Shown: piece after piece, positions 28,055-38,104 of the stretch | How positions within the stretch are numbered: the stretch's first letter is position 1 | How the letters are laid out: the number at the start of each line of letters is the position of its first letter | Assembly: GCA_945889325.1 (NCBI GenBank) | Contig: CAMDBH010000002.1 | Coordinates: 39,242-103,241 of the forward strand | Direction of reading: 5' to 3' | DNA: 64,000 nucleotides | Source: Klebsiella pneumoniae | GTDB lineage: Bacteria > Myxococcota_A > UBA9042 | The notes under the pieces: generated by a model | The model's database searches: none | What the model saw: the letters and a program-made list of their open reading frames with translations, nothing else | What the model was told of the DNA's origin: nothing | Made by a program: the position numbers and the translations under genes

Positions 28055-29941
28055 CTACTTGGCGGGTTCGCCTGCAGGAGCAGCGGCAGGTGCCGCAGCG
28101 GGCGCGGCTGCCGGAGCAGCAGGCGCGGCGCCGGCGGCCGGCTTGGCGGCGGCCTTGGGCGCAGGCTGATCGCTGCCCAAATTGATCTTTTGCCCGGTCT
28201 TTTCAGCCTCCGTGAGCAAATGGCCGAGCAAGATGTCAAATTCCCAAATCCAAGTTTGCGACGCCGGCAGATCTTGAATCGACAACTGTTGAGCATGGTA
28301 AATGCCCGGAATATGCTGGGGTTTGGCAAAATTCTTCAGGCCGGCCATGATGATTTGGCGCAGCGTAATCGTCAGCGGTTCGGCCACTGGTGCTTTCTCA
28401 AAAGCCATGAGCAGCGGCGCCACGACGTCGGCCCCCTTCACGCCGAGGTGAACTAGGCTAAGCGCAGCTTTTTCCTTGTGAATCGCATCGCCGCTGGTCA
28501 ATTGACCGACATAGCAGCCGATCAAAGCAGTCTGCTTGGCCGCCGGGTCCGCCGCGCGATCTTCTTCGGTCTTGCAGGTGCGCACAACTTCGACTTTGCC
28601 CTTGATCACCGCATCGCCGCTCAGCTTTAGCAAATCCGGATCTTTTTCGTCTTCAATGAGCGTTTTCCACTCATCCAAGTTCTGCGTTTCCAGCGCATAG
28701 ACTAGAGAATTGTAGAATTCTGGCTTTTCGTTCTTCGGTACAGCCTTGTAAACTTTGACGATTTCGCTCCAAGAGTTGGCTGCGCCCGACACGGCCAAGC
28801 CGGTCAGCGGCAAGGTGCGCTGTTCCAGACCTAGGCCCGAATTCTTTGAAATCTCGCCAATTTGCGCAGCAAAATCTTTGGCATCGGCGCCCATTGCGGC
28901 AATCGCCCAGACGGACAATTGCACACGGCTGATGACATAGCCGCCCCACGGCAAGGTTTTTTGCATGGTCAGCTTGTAAGTAGGTGGAATGTCGTTGTCG
29001 CCGACCTTGGCGGCTTTGCTCAGCATGGCGACCATCGGACCCAGCGTCGACTTGTCGTGGATGTCGACAAAAACTTGCATCAACTTGGGACCTTCCTGAT
29101 ATTCCCAGTCAGCCATGCCGCCTTTTTGCGCCCACATGTTAAATTCGACGTCGGTGCCCATGAAAATGCCCAGCATTTTTGCGGCGACTTTGTCGCTCGG
29201 CATGGACGCGAGCGCCAAACGCGCCGGCATGAATGTTTCGGCCCGCGCCGCGTCGTGCGCAAACAGCCCGTGAACATAGGCCTTAAACGCCGCATCACTG
29301 GCCGAACGCATTTCGGTCAAGAATTGCAAAGCGCGAATATTGACCTCAACCGTTTGCAGCGATGGATCCGTGTCGGCCAGCTCAATCAGCAAATCCTCAT
29401 ACTTTGCACGGTCTTTTGGATCAGGCAGCGAAGTAAACAAAGCTTCAACCAGCGTGACGCGCGACGGACCATTGCTCTTCTTGATCGCGGCGGCCAATTT
29501 CTCCGTGGTTTCCTTCATCGGCACCCACGGCTCACGGGTTTCCAGCGATTCGGCGCGCCAAGTACGGATAATACCTGCAATTTGTCCCGCAGCCTCAGGG
29601 ATCCCCAAGCCGCTGGCCAGCAATTTTTCCGACCGCTCGCGCAATTTGGGCCCGCCACGGCCAACATTTTCAACAGCGTCGATGACCAGAGGGCGATAGG
29701 CCTTGTCAGCCATCGATTTGGTCAGACGTTCAAAAACTTTGTCATCGCAGGTCTGCTGATCTTTGACGTTGAGTTTCTTGATCGATTCAATCGCGCTGCG
29801 TTTTTCAGACGCCGACTCCGCCCGTTCCAGCACAATACTGTAGTAACGACAGGTCTTTTCGCCGCGCTGGCAGCCCAAAAGGCCCGTTGCGGTCAATAGC
29901 GTTGCGCAAGCGAAAATGCTTGCTTGCCGGAATTGGAACAT
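28055..29941 (-). CDS. lipoprotein of unknown function with alpha-helical repeat character and Pro/Ala-rich C-terminal tail
   Basis: Signal peptide and lipobox (MFQFRQASIFACATLLTATGLLGC). C-terminus KPAAGAAPAAPAAAPAAAPAAAPAGEPAK. Confidence 0.55.
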   Translation of the reverse strand: MFQFRQASIFACATLLTATGLLGCQRGEKTCRYYSIVLERAESASEKRSAIESIKKLNVKDQQTCDDKVFERLTKSMADKAYRPLVIDAVENVGRGGPKLRERSEKLLASGLGIPEAAGQIAGIIRTWRAESLETREPWVPMKETTEKLAAAIKKSNGPSRVTLVEALFTSLPDPKDRAKYEDLLIELADTDPSLQTVEVNIRALQFLTEMRSASDAAFKAYVHGLFAHDAARAETFMPARLALASMPSDKVAAKMLGIFMGTDVEFNMWAQKGGMADWEYQEGPKLMQVFVDIHDKSTLGPMVAMLSKAAKVGDNDIPPTYKLTMQKTLPWGGYVISRVQLSVWAIAAMGADAKDFAAQIGEISKNSGLGLEQRTLPLTGLAVSGAANSWSEIVKVYKAVPKNEKPEFYNSLVYALETQNLDEWKTLIEDEKDPDLLKLSGDAVIKGKVEVVRTCKTEEDRAADPAAKQTALIGCYVGQLTSGDAIHKEKAALSLVHLGVKGADVVAPLLMAFEKAPVAEPLTITLRQIIMAGLKNFAKPQHIPGIYHAQQLSIQDLPASQTWIWEFDILLGHLLTEAEKTGQKINLGSDQPAPKAAAKPAAGAAPAAPAAAPAAAPAAAPAGEPAK

Positions 29942-30201
29942 CGATAACCTGCCGTGTGGGTTGAATGCTGAAAAAGTTTCGTTGCCAGTTGTGCGTGAAA
30001 ACGCACCGATAAGAACGCCGTGAACGCTGCACGCAACGCCACCTTCGCCACGGGGGCAGCCCGCGACCAGCGCGGGATAATAGTCGCGGCAATCGCGCAC
30101 GTCAAGGCAGCGAAAGCCAAGCGCAATGCGGTGTTATCCGCGGACGCGCGGAGAATTTTCGTGCGCTACCCAAACTTTACACAAAGCGATAGACTTCGGC
30201 C

Positions 30202-30717
30202 ATGATCACACGGCCACCGCAGCGCAGACTGCCGCAGCATCGCCATTTTTTCCTGCTGGCAGCGCTGCAACTGGCGCTTGCGACTACTGCGTATGCACAA
30301 ATGCCGTTGGATGTTTTGCCGACTGCGCCCAAGTCGGCGTTGGAAGCTGCCGTGCACCCCCTGCTCAAACCGGTGCTGCAGCGGTTAACAGTGCGCAACG
30401 ACGCCGGTTCCTACGACTTGTGGTTGGTAAGCGGTTTGGACTTCGATCGGGTCACGGAATATTTTCGCGCCGCGATCAGCGCCAAGAAGCAACTGGGCCC
30501 GAACCTGCGGGTGCAGCCCTGGACCTATCTTGAACCAGATCGTTCCTATCTAATGGATCTAACAGGCGCTTCAAGACCGTACCGGCTGCGTCTGACCCGG
30601 CACCTTTCGGGCACTATGTTGGAAATGCTCGATGCGGGCGAAGCCAGCGACGCCCCAAAGTGGGCACCAGCGTATCGGGCCAAGCCGATTTTATTGCTTC
30701 ACGGTGCTGTTAGGTGA
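30202..30717 (+). CDS. hypothetical secreted protein
   Basis: ORF track. N-terminal hydrophobic signal-like segment (FFLLAALQLALATTAYA). Confidence 0.4.
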   Translation: MITRPPQRRLPQHRHFFLLAALQLALATTAYAQMPLDVLPTAPKSALEAAVHPLLKPVLQRLTVRNDAGSYDLWLVSGLDFDRVTEYFRAAISAKKQLGPNLRVQPWTYLEPDRSYLMDLTGASRPYRLRLTRHLSGTMLEMLDAGEASDAPKWAPAYRAKPILLLHGAVR

Positions 30718-30721
30718 CCAG

Positions 30722-33700
30722 TTACTGGCAAACCAGCACGCTCTGCCAGCGCAGGTCGCTTAGTCTGCCGTCGCCATCGATGGCGCCGTCGATCAAAGCG
30801 CCTTCTGGCCGCGACCCAGCCTGCACCTGCCCTTGCCATGCCGGCAGGGCGCCTTTCCAAGCAAGCATTTGAATTGTCGGCGTAAGTTTAAGCACCCGCC
30901 CCTCAGCGGGTCCGGCGCCGAGCGGCGCAACGGCCACCAGCAAGTGTTGCGTCAAGTTGGCAGTGCCGAAAACCGCCAAACGTGCAGGCGGTTGGGGGTC
31001 ACTGGCCACCAGCGTCCAACCACTGGCTTGCGCCAGATCAAAGCGCCAAATTTGCAAGCCATCGTCGACCACCGCCAAAACCAGCCGATTGTTGAGCGCA
31101 TCGTGAACAAGTGCCGAACCGGCGCGGTAGGCAGGCCCCGGAGACATCGCGGTTTGCCACAGCAATTGCTTGGAATTTTTTAGCAAATTCATGGCCCACA
31201 GCTCAGCAGTTGCAGCGGCATCGCCAGCGCCAAACAAGAAGGCTTGGGGAAATTGTTCGACTTGGGCCACCGCTGGGTCGGACTTGGCACCCGGCATAAA
31301 CGGCAGCAAATCTGCAGGCAATGGCGCCCAAGTGCCTGTGATCAAATTCAAACGCCAACCGCCGGGCGCGGCGGCCTGCACATCCGGCGACAAAAGCTGG
31401 CTGTTATTCGATATTTTTTCAAGGCCGCTCCACATCACGACGTGCTGGCCGTCGTCTTCGACCACGACCGCTGGCAGCGCGCGCCCGCTTTGACCTTGCG
31501 GGTAGGGCAGCGGCTGCCACTTGCCCGCGTGCAGCCGCCAAGACGGCCCGGACAAATCAAAATTTGCGCCGTGGAGCGAGGCACCGCCGATGCGCAAAAG
31601 ATCTTGCCCAACCGCGACCCAGCGCGCGCCAAGCACCGGTTCAGGCGATAAGTCCATATTCTGCCAGGTAAATTTTGTCGCTGCCTGCGCGGTTTGCCAG
31701 ACGCTGGCTTGGGCAATCCCTGCGGCCTGACCGAGCGCCAAAACCACCTCGCCGTCTTTGCCCACGCCGATGGCGGCCCCAATGACCGGCAACGCTGGCC
31801 ATTGCGGCATCGGCTGCCAGATCTTGCTCGCGATCGAATAATTTTGCAGCGCAACGGGCTGACCAACCGCGTCAACGGCGTCGATCAGCCAAACTTGACC
31901 AGCGGCGGCATCGCACAGCAGTTTTCCAGGCGTGTCATTTGCCGCTTGACTGGGCGGCACCGGCAGCGCGGTCCAGGTCTTTTGCCCAAAGGGCAGCACT
32001 GCAAACCAAGCCGCGGCCCCGCCGTGCAAAACGTACAAGTCACCCTTGGCTGTGACGCAGGGGGATGCCACACCGGCGCCGAGCCCGGGCTGTGGCACCG
32101 CGATGGGGGCGTCCCATGTTTGCTTTGCTAAATCATGGCGTTGTGCGATTGGGCCGGAACCGTCGGCGCTGCCGCCAAACAGCCACACGCTGTTGCTTGC
32201 GGCAACGTAGACGGCTTGGGCGTTGACGCGGGGCTGGGGTTGGTTTTTCCAATCTGGGTCGCTGGTTTTTGCCGATATCAAATCCAATTCACGCGCCGGG
32301 GCCGCTGCCGCATTTTCGTCCACACCGCCGATCAACCAAAGCCGAGGGTTGAGCACCGGCCCAGCGCCGCCGGGCACGTACACGGCCGCCGCCTGACGCC
32401 GCCGCAAATCGGCCTGCGATACGACAAGTTTCCATTGAAAATCGCTAAATTGCAAACTCCAAACTTCGCCCAGCGTCACCAATGGCGTGTTGCCGAGCGA
32501 TCCGCCCTGCCCGCCCGCGACAAACAATTGGCCACCGCCGCCGCAACTGGCGAATTGGCTGCGTGCCTGCGGTCTTAAGCCGGCCATGGCTGCAGGCTCG
32601 CTCCACTTGGTGACGATGCCTTCGTCCGTCTTGCCGTCGCAATTGTTGTCCAATTCGTCGCAACTGGATTCGACGGTTTCATAGTTTGCGGTCAGACCGT
32701 AGTCGCACACCCATGCGCCTTCTTGGCACGATTTCAGGACGATACCGGCGCCACAGACGCCCGCGGTGCTGCAGGTAAGCTCACTTGGAGGCGACAGGCC
32801 GTCGTCGGTCATCCCATCGCAATCGTCGTCGATATTGTTGCAACTCTCTGGCTTTGCTTGCGATTTAGTGCCATTGGGATGCGTCGAGCAGGTCGGCGCG
32901 CCGCTGGCGCTGCATTCCACGACACCCACGCCGCAAGCGCCGTAGCCGTCGCAAACGGCGCCCAAACCCTTGCCGTTCCAGTTCTGGTTTTCATCGGTGA
33001 GGCCGTTGCAATTGTCGTCTATGCCGTTGCAAACCTCCGTTTTAGCTTGACTTTGTGGCCCGTCGGCCAACGTCGAACACGTCACGCCACCGGTCTTTGA
33101 ACAAGCAACGCTGCCCGCCGCGCAAATGCCGACGCCCGGGCACGGCGAACCCAGCGGTTTGCCATCGAGCTCAAAGATTTCATCGGTTTTGCCGTTGCAG
33201 TCGTCATCGATCGCGTTGCAAACTTCGGCGCTGAACTTGCTATCGGGCCCGCCGGGTGTCGCCGAACAGACGGCCAAGCCGTTGGCGGCACAAATCACCA
33301 CGCCTGTGCCGCACGCGCCGACGCCCGTGCACGCCGCGCCCAGCGGCAGATTGCCGTCTTTTGTCGCTAAGCCTTCATCGGTGAGGCCGTCGCAATCGTC
33401 GTCAAGGCCGTTGCAAGTTTCCGCACTGGCCTTGCTGTCGGCGCCGCCCGGATCACTGGAACAGATCGATTTGCCTTCTTTGCCGCAACTTACCACGCCC
33501 AAGCCGCATTCACCGGCACCCAAGCACGGCGAACCGATCGCGAGGCCGGCCAGACCGAAGCCTTCATCGGTGTGGCCATCGCAATTGTCATCCAAACCGT
33601 TGCAGATTTCCGGTTGTTTGTTGGTTTTGCTGCCGCCCGGGTTGCTCGAGCACGCGGCTGCGCCGGCGACGCACTCAACCGTGCCAGCGCCGCAAGTGCC

Positions 33701-34378
33701 CACGCCGTTGCAGGCTTGGCCGATGACAGCGCCTTGAAAAGCATAACCTTCATCGGTCGAGCCATCGCAGTCGTTGTCGCGGCCATCGCAGAGTTCGGTG
33801 GCGCCCCAGAAAGGCACCTTGCTGAAATCGCAATGTAATTCTGGGGCGTCCGCAGGGCGGTCGGACTTGATGCAACTGGCAACGACGCTGGCCGCGGCGC
33901 AGACGCCGGCGCTGGGACAAGCCGCTTTTGCCAACGCGATCATGTCGGTATTGGCGGCGTTGTCGTCGCCGTCGCGCTCGTCGGCGATGCAGTCGCGGTC
34001 GCGGTCGGCCAAAAGCGATTCCAGCACGTCGGGTTTGCCGTCGCCATCGACATCGCGGGGATTGTTTGAATCTGCGCCTACTTCGACGCCGTCTGCCTTG
34101 CCATCGCCGTCGCTGTCAGCCCGCAGCGGATCGGTGTGAAGCTTGTGTTCCACGCCGTTGGTCAGGCCGTCGTGATCAGAATCGCTTTCTGCCGCCAAAC
34201 AAAGGTTGGCGTAACACAGGGCGCTTGCGCATTGTGCGGATGCAAGGCAGCTGTCTCCATCCGTTTTTGCCGGATCGCCGCAAGCGCAAAACCACACGAC
34301 GACTGTGCAGGCAAGCAGACGCAACGCTGTGAGGCGCCGATCGGGACATTGGGATTTTGCGGGCGCGCGAACACTCAT
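30722..34378 (-). CDS. giant lipoprotein with N-terminal thrombospondin type-3-like Ca-binding Asp repeats, 7 MopE-type repeats (CxGxDxxCxGxTDE) and Kelch-like beta-propeller region
   Basis: Lipobox (VVWFCAC). DSDGDGKADGVEVGADSNNPRDVDGDGKPD. CDGRDNDCDGSTDEG / CNGLDDNCDGHTDEG etc. ATGA start-stop overlap with nnr. Confidence 0.7.
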   Translation of the reverse strand: MSVRAPAKSQCPDRRLTALRLLACTVVVWFCACGDPAKTDGDSCLASAQCASALCYANLCLAAESDSDHDGLTNGVEHKLHTDPLRADSDGDGKADGVEVGADSNNPRDVDGDGKPDVLESLLADRDRDCIADERDGDDNAANTDMIALAKAACPSAGVCAAASVVASCIKSDRPADAPELHCDFSKVPFWGATELCDGRDNDCDGSTDEGYAFQGAVIGQACNGVGTCGAGTVECVAGAAACSSNPGGSKTNKQPEICNGLDDNCDGHTDEGFGLAGLAIGSPCLGAGECGLGVVSCGKEGKSICSSDPGGADSKASAETCNGLDDDCDGLTDEGLATKDGNLPLGAACTGVGACGTGVVICAANGLAVCSATPGGPDSKFSAEVCNAIDDDCNGKTDEIFELDGKPLGSPCPGVGICAAGSVACSKTGGVTCSTLADGPQSQAKTEVCNGIDDNCNGLTDENQNWNGKGLGAVCDGYGACGVGVVECSASGAPTCSTHPNGTKSQAKPESCNNIDDDCDGMTDDGLSPPSELTCSTAGVCGAGIVLKSCQEGAWVCDYGLTANYETVESSCDELDNNCDGKTDEGIVTKWSEPAAMAGLRPQARSQFASCGGGGQLFVAGGQGGSLGNTPLVTLGEVWSLQFSDFQWKLVVSQADLRRRQAAAVYVPGGAGPVLNPRLWLIGGVDENAAAAPARELDLISAKTSDPDWKNQPQPRVNAQAVYVAASNSVWLFGGSADGSGPIAQRHDLAKQTWDAPIAVPQPGLGAGVASPCVTAKGDLYVLHGGAAAWFAVLPFGQKTWTALPVPPSQAANDTPGKLLCDAAAGQVWLIDAVDAVGQPVALQNYSIASKIWQPMPQWPALPVIGAAIGVGKDGEVVLALGQAAGIAQASVWQTAQAATKFTWQNMDLSPEPVLGARWVAVGQDLLRIGGASLHGANFDLSGPSWRLHAGKWQPLPYPQGQSGRALPAVVVEDDGQHVVMWSGLEKISNNSQLLSPDVQAAAPGGWRLNLITGTWAPLPADLLPFMPGAKSDPAVAQVEQFPQAFLFGAGDAAATAELWAMNLLKNSKQLLWQTAMSPGPAYRAGSALVHDALNNRLVLAVVDDGLQIWRFDLAQASGWTLVASDPQPPARLAVFGTANLTQHLLVAVAPLGAGPAEGRVLKLTPTIQMLAWKGALPAWQGQVQAGSRPEGALIDGAIDGDGRLSDLRWQSVLVCQ

Positions 34379-35982
34379 CCCTGCAAGGTAGCGTTCACCC
34401 GCGGTTGCGGCAAGTTTGCTGCGTTTTCCGCAGCGCCCGCGTTTTCCAGCTTTTGCCACGCGTCACCTAAAAATGCCACCAATTCCGCAGCTGTCGCTGC
34501 CCGCGCGCCGCGCTTTTCGGCCATGGCACGGCCGGCCATGCTGTGCGCCGCCACGCCAAGCTGCGCTGCATCAAACGGCGCCATGCCCTGCGCCAAAAGG
34601 CCGCCGATGGTGCCCGCCAAAACGTCGCCACTGCCCCCTTTGGCCAAGGCCGTGTTGGCACTCAAACAAATCGCCCAATTGCCGTCGGGCGCGGCGACCA
34701 GCGTGTGGTGGCCTTTGAGCACGATCACGGCCTGCCATTTACGCGCTGCTTTGAGCGTGCTGCCTAGGCGATCGCTTTGAATTTGCTCTATCGTCTCACC
34801 GCTTAACGCCGCCATTTCACCGGGATGCGGCGTAAGCACCAAGCGATTGGCTGCGGGCTGGGCGATTTCAGGCTTTTGCGCCAGCGCGTGCAAGGCGTCG
34901 GCATCCAGCAAGATCGGCACATTGGACAATGAAATCAAGCGGGAAACCAGATCAAACTCGGCGGCGCCTGTGCCCAAACCGGGGCCGCAGACGATCGCCG
35001 TTTTTTTCACCACCAATTTTTCAATGCGCTTGATCTCGCTGGCACCGCCGCGGATGGCTTCGACCATCACGTCCGCTATCGATCCTTCCAAATGCGAGCG
35101 AATTTCACCGGATGTGCCCAGCGTGCACAGGCCGACACCGGTGCGCAGCGCCGCGCCTGAGGCCAACATCGCCGCACCGGCCTTGCCCGGCGAACCGGCG
35201 ACGACAAAAACATGGCCAAATGTGCCTTTGTGGCCGTTGGTCGGCCGCACCGGCAAAAGCGCGCGCGCGCGATCGACATCGAGCAATTGCCCAGTCGGTT
35301 GCTGTTTTTGCAGCCAAGCGTTGGGAACGCCGATATCGACAACTTGCAATTTCTGCCAATGATCAGGCCCTTGCGCCAAATACAGCCCAGCTTTGGCCGC
35401 CACCATCGTCACAACCAGATGACACTTCACGGCGGCGCCCAAAATCTGTCCGGTGCCCGCGTGCAGACCGGACGGAATATCCGCCGCCACCGTAAAAGCG
35501 CGGTAGCGGCCGTCCATTTGCGCGGCAAAAGTCTTAAGTGGTTCGCGCAGTTCTGTGTCTGGGCCGATGCCGACCAAAGCGTCGACGATCGCGCAAGCGC
35601 GCCCAAGCGAACGGCGAATGCCCTGCAAAACCTGCCCGTGCGGCGCTTGGTTGTGCCAACGGCATTCGATGCCCTGTGCCAGCATGGCACGGTAGTGCAT
35701 GGCAGTTTCTTCTGTCATTTTAGATGGATCGCCGGCACCGCTGACATCGAGGCGAAAACCGTGGTTGTGCAACACGCGGGCGGCGACAAAGCCGTCGCCA
35801 CCATTGTTGCCGCTGCCACAAAGTACTGCAATAAAGCGATCTTGGGCGGGACCAACTTGGTCAACGATGGCTTGAGCGATGGCCCTGCCCGCCGTCTCCA
35901 TCAAAAGCGCGGGCGGCAAGCCGAGTTCTGCGGTGACGCGGCCATCGAGTTCGCGCACTTGTTGCGGCGTCAAAATCAACAT
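34375..35982 (-). CDS. nnr: bifunctional NAD(P)H-hydrate repair enzyme (epimerase / ADP-dependent dehydratase)
   Basis: YjeF-N (LCGSGNNGGDGFVAARVL) plus C-terminal carbohydrate-kinase-like dehydratase domain (…KGGSGDVLAGTIGGLLAQG). Confidence 0.85.
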   Translation of the reverse strand: MLILTPQQVRELDGRVTAELGLPPALLMETAGRAIAQAIVDQVGPAQDRFIAVLCGSGNNGGDGFVAARVLHNHGFRLDVSGAGDPSKMTEETAMHYRAMLAQGIECRWHNQAPHGQVLQGIRRSLGRACAIVDALVGIGPDTELREPLKTFAAQMDGRYRAFTVAADIPSGLHAGTGQILGAAVKCHLVVTMVAAKAGLYLAQGPDHWQKLQVVDIGVPNAWLQKQQPTGQLLDVDRARALLPVRPTNGHKGTFGHVFVVAGSPGKAGAAMLASGAALRTGVGLCTLGTSGEIRSHLEGSIADVMVEAIRGGASEIKRIEKLVVKKTAIVCGPGLGTGAAEFDLVSRLISLSNVPILLDADALHALAQKPEIAQPAANRLVLTPHPGEMAALSGETIEQIQSDRLGSTLKAARKWQAVIVLKGHHTLVAAPDGNWAICLSANTALAKGGSGDVLAGTIGGLLAQGMAPFDAAQLGVAAHSMAGRAMAEKRGARAATAAELVAFLGDAWQKLENAGAAENAANLPQPRVNATLQG

Positions 35983-35985
35983 GCA

Positions 35986-36711
35986 TTACCTTTGGTTGAT
36001 CGCTGCAATCATTTCGCGCACGGCCCGTTCCAGGCCGACAAACACCGCCCGCGCGACAATGCTGTGGCCGATATTGAGTTCTTCGATGTAGGGCAAACTC
36101 GCAACTGCTTGAACATTATGATAGTCCAGCCCATGACCGGCGGCCACGCGCAGCCCGAGATCGTGGGCCTGCTGCGCCGCGTCGCGCAGCAATTGCAGCC
36201 GTTGACCCGCGATCGCCGCCGATTTCGCGTCGCAGTAATCGCCGGTGTGCAGTTCAACCGTAAACGCACCGAGCTTTTGACTTGCCGCCACTTGCAGCGG
36301 ATCCGGATCGATAAACAGCGAAACTACGATCCCAGCATCGCGCAGCCTTTGCACGCACGGCTGCACGGCGGCGTGCTGGCCGATGACGTCCAAGCCGCCT
36401 TCGGTGGTCCTCTCCTGGCGCTTTTCCGGCACCAGCGTGACGGTATCTGGCATAAATTGCAGAGCAATTGCCGTCATTTCGCCAGTAGCCGCCATTTCAA
36501 GATTGAGCGGCACGCGCAGCGTCTGGCGCAGAATCTGCAGATCGCGGTCCTGAATGTGCCGCCTATCCTCGCGCAAATGAATGGTAATTTGATCCGCGCC
36601 GGCCAGTTCGCACAGACTCGCGGCCAGCACGGGGTCTGGGTAGCGCGTGCCGCGGGCTTGCCGGAGCGTGGCGATGTGATCAACGTTGACGCCCAACTGC
36701 GCGCGATTCAT
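35986..36711 (-). CDS. pdxJ: pyridoxine 5'-phosphate synthase
   Basis: [28 protein letters not shown]…[16 protein letters not shown]. Confidence 0.85.
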   Translation of the reverse strand: MNRAQLGVNVDHIATLRQARGTRYPDPVLAASLCELAGADQITIHLREDRRHIQDRDLQILRQTLRVPLNLEMAATGEMTAIALQFMPDTVTLVPEKRQERTTEGGLDVIGQHAAVQPCVQRLRDAGIVVSLFIDPDPLQVAASQKLGAFTVELHTGDYCDAKSAAIAGQRLQLLRDAAQQAHDLGLRVAAGHGLDYHNVQAVASLPYIEELNIGHSIVARAVFVGLERAVREMIAAINQR

Positions 36712-36727
36712 CCGTTTTTCCTTCGAT

Positions 36728-38092
36728 TTAGACGCCGATCGCCTGCACGACAGCGTCCGCGATGCGTTTGGCGTGCGAATGTACCAACGCTTCATCGCTG
36801 CCTTCGACCATCACGCGGCATTTGCGCTCCGTGCCGCTGTAGCGCACCAAGACGCGGCCAAAACCTGCAAGCTCGCGTTCCGCCTCACCAATTGTGGTAA
36901 CCACCCCGGCCAGCGTGGCAATGGGCGGCTTTTCACGTACCGGCAAATTGATCAGCAACTGCGGCACATTTTGCATCATTTGCGCCAGCTCACTGATGCG
37001 TTTGCCTTCGCGTACGGCGATGGCCGCGACTTGCAGCGCCGCCAACGTGCCGTCGCCGGTGGTGGCGTGATCGAGAAATACCAAATGGCCGCTTTGCTCG
37101 CCGCCCAGCGTAAAGCCACCTTTGCGCATTGCGTCAACGACTTGCCGGTCGCCGACATCGGTGCGCAGAAGAGTAATGCCCGCATCGCGCATCGCAATTT
37201 CAAGACCAAAATTGGACATCACCGTGGCGACAAGGGTGTTATGCCCAAGCGTTCCAGCGGCTTTCATGCGCAGCGCGCACAGGCCCATGACGCGATCGCC
37301 GTCAACGGGCTGGCCTTTTTCATCGATCAAAATCAGCCGATCGGCATCGCCGTCCAACGCCAGACCAAAATCGCACTGCTGTTCCACAACGATTTTAGCT
37401 AGATGCTGCGGATGCAACGCACCCACGCCGTCGTTGATATTGATGCCATCCGGATCGACGCCGACTTTGACAACGATCGCCCCCAGTTCCTCAAAAACCG
37501 CCGGAGCGACGCGGTAGGCAGCCCCATTGCCACAATCGACAGCAATTTTCAGACCATCCAGCGTTAGATCGCCTGGGAACGTGTTTTTGAGCTGAACGAC
37601 GTAACGGCCCCACGCATCATCAACACGATAAGCGCGCCCAATATCGCCACCTTGGGCCAGACCGGCGTGAAGCGGCGCGGGATAGGCGACCAACTGCTCA
37701 ATGCGCGCCTCCATTTCATCGGGCAGCTTGAAACCGTCGTGGCCAAAAATCTTGATGCCGTTGTCTTGAAACGGATTGTGCGACGCGCTGATGACCACGC
37801 CAGCGTCGGCGCGCATGGAATGCGTCATGTACGCGATGCCCGGCGTCGGCAGCACGCCGACCAAGTACGGTTCCGCGCCAACCGAACATAGCCCAGCTAA
37901 CAGCGCATGTTCAAACAGGTAACCGCTGCGGCGCGTGTCTTTGCCGATCATCACGCGCACGCGCGGATGGGTGCGCTTGCACAAAAGCCCGACCGCGCGG
38001 CCGATTTGCAGTGCGTTTTCAACGGTCATCACCCCAGAATTGGCTTGACCGCGCACACCGTCGGTGCCGAATAATTTTGTGCTTGGCATCAA
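36728..38092 (-). CDS. glmM: phosphoglucosamine mutase
   Basis: LFGTDGVRG…; active-site Ser region [16 protein letters not shown]; 454 aa. Confidence 0.9.
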   Translation of the reverse strand: MMPSTKLFGTDGVRGQANSGVMTVENALQIGRAVGLLCKRTHPRVRVMIGKDTRRSGYLFEHALLAGLCSVGAEPYLVGVLPTPGIAYMTHSMRADAGVVISASHNPFQDNGIKIFGHDGFKLPDEMEARIEQLVAYPAPLHAGLAQGGDIGRAYRVDDAWGRYVVQLKNTFPGDLTLDGLKIAVDCGNGAAYRVAPAVFEELGAIVVKVGVDPDGININDGVGALHPQHLAKIVVEQQCDFGLALDGDADRLILIDEKGQPVDGDRVMGLCALRMKAAGTLGHNTLVATVMSNFGLEIAMRDAGITLLRTDVGDRQVVDAMRKGGFTLGGEQSGHLVFLDHATTGDGTLAALQVAAIAVREGKRISELAQMMQNVPQLLINLPVREKPPIATLAGVVTTIGEAERELAGFGRVLVRYSGTERKCRVMVEGSDEALVHSHAKRIADAVVQAIGV

Positions 38093-38104
38093 GTTCCCTA
38101 TGCT

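Noticed and set aside
35212-36900. 562-aa plus-strand ORF antisense to nnr/pdxJ
   Set aside because: Antisense shadow across two strongly supported genes; Arg-rich composition typical of out-of-frame GC-rich translation.
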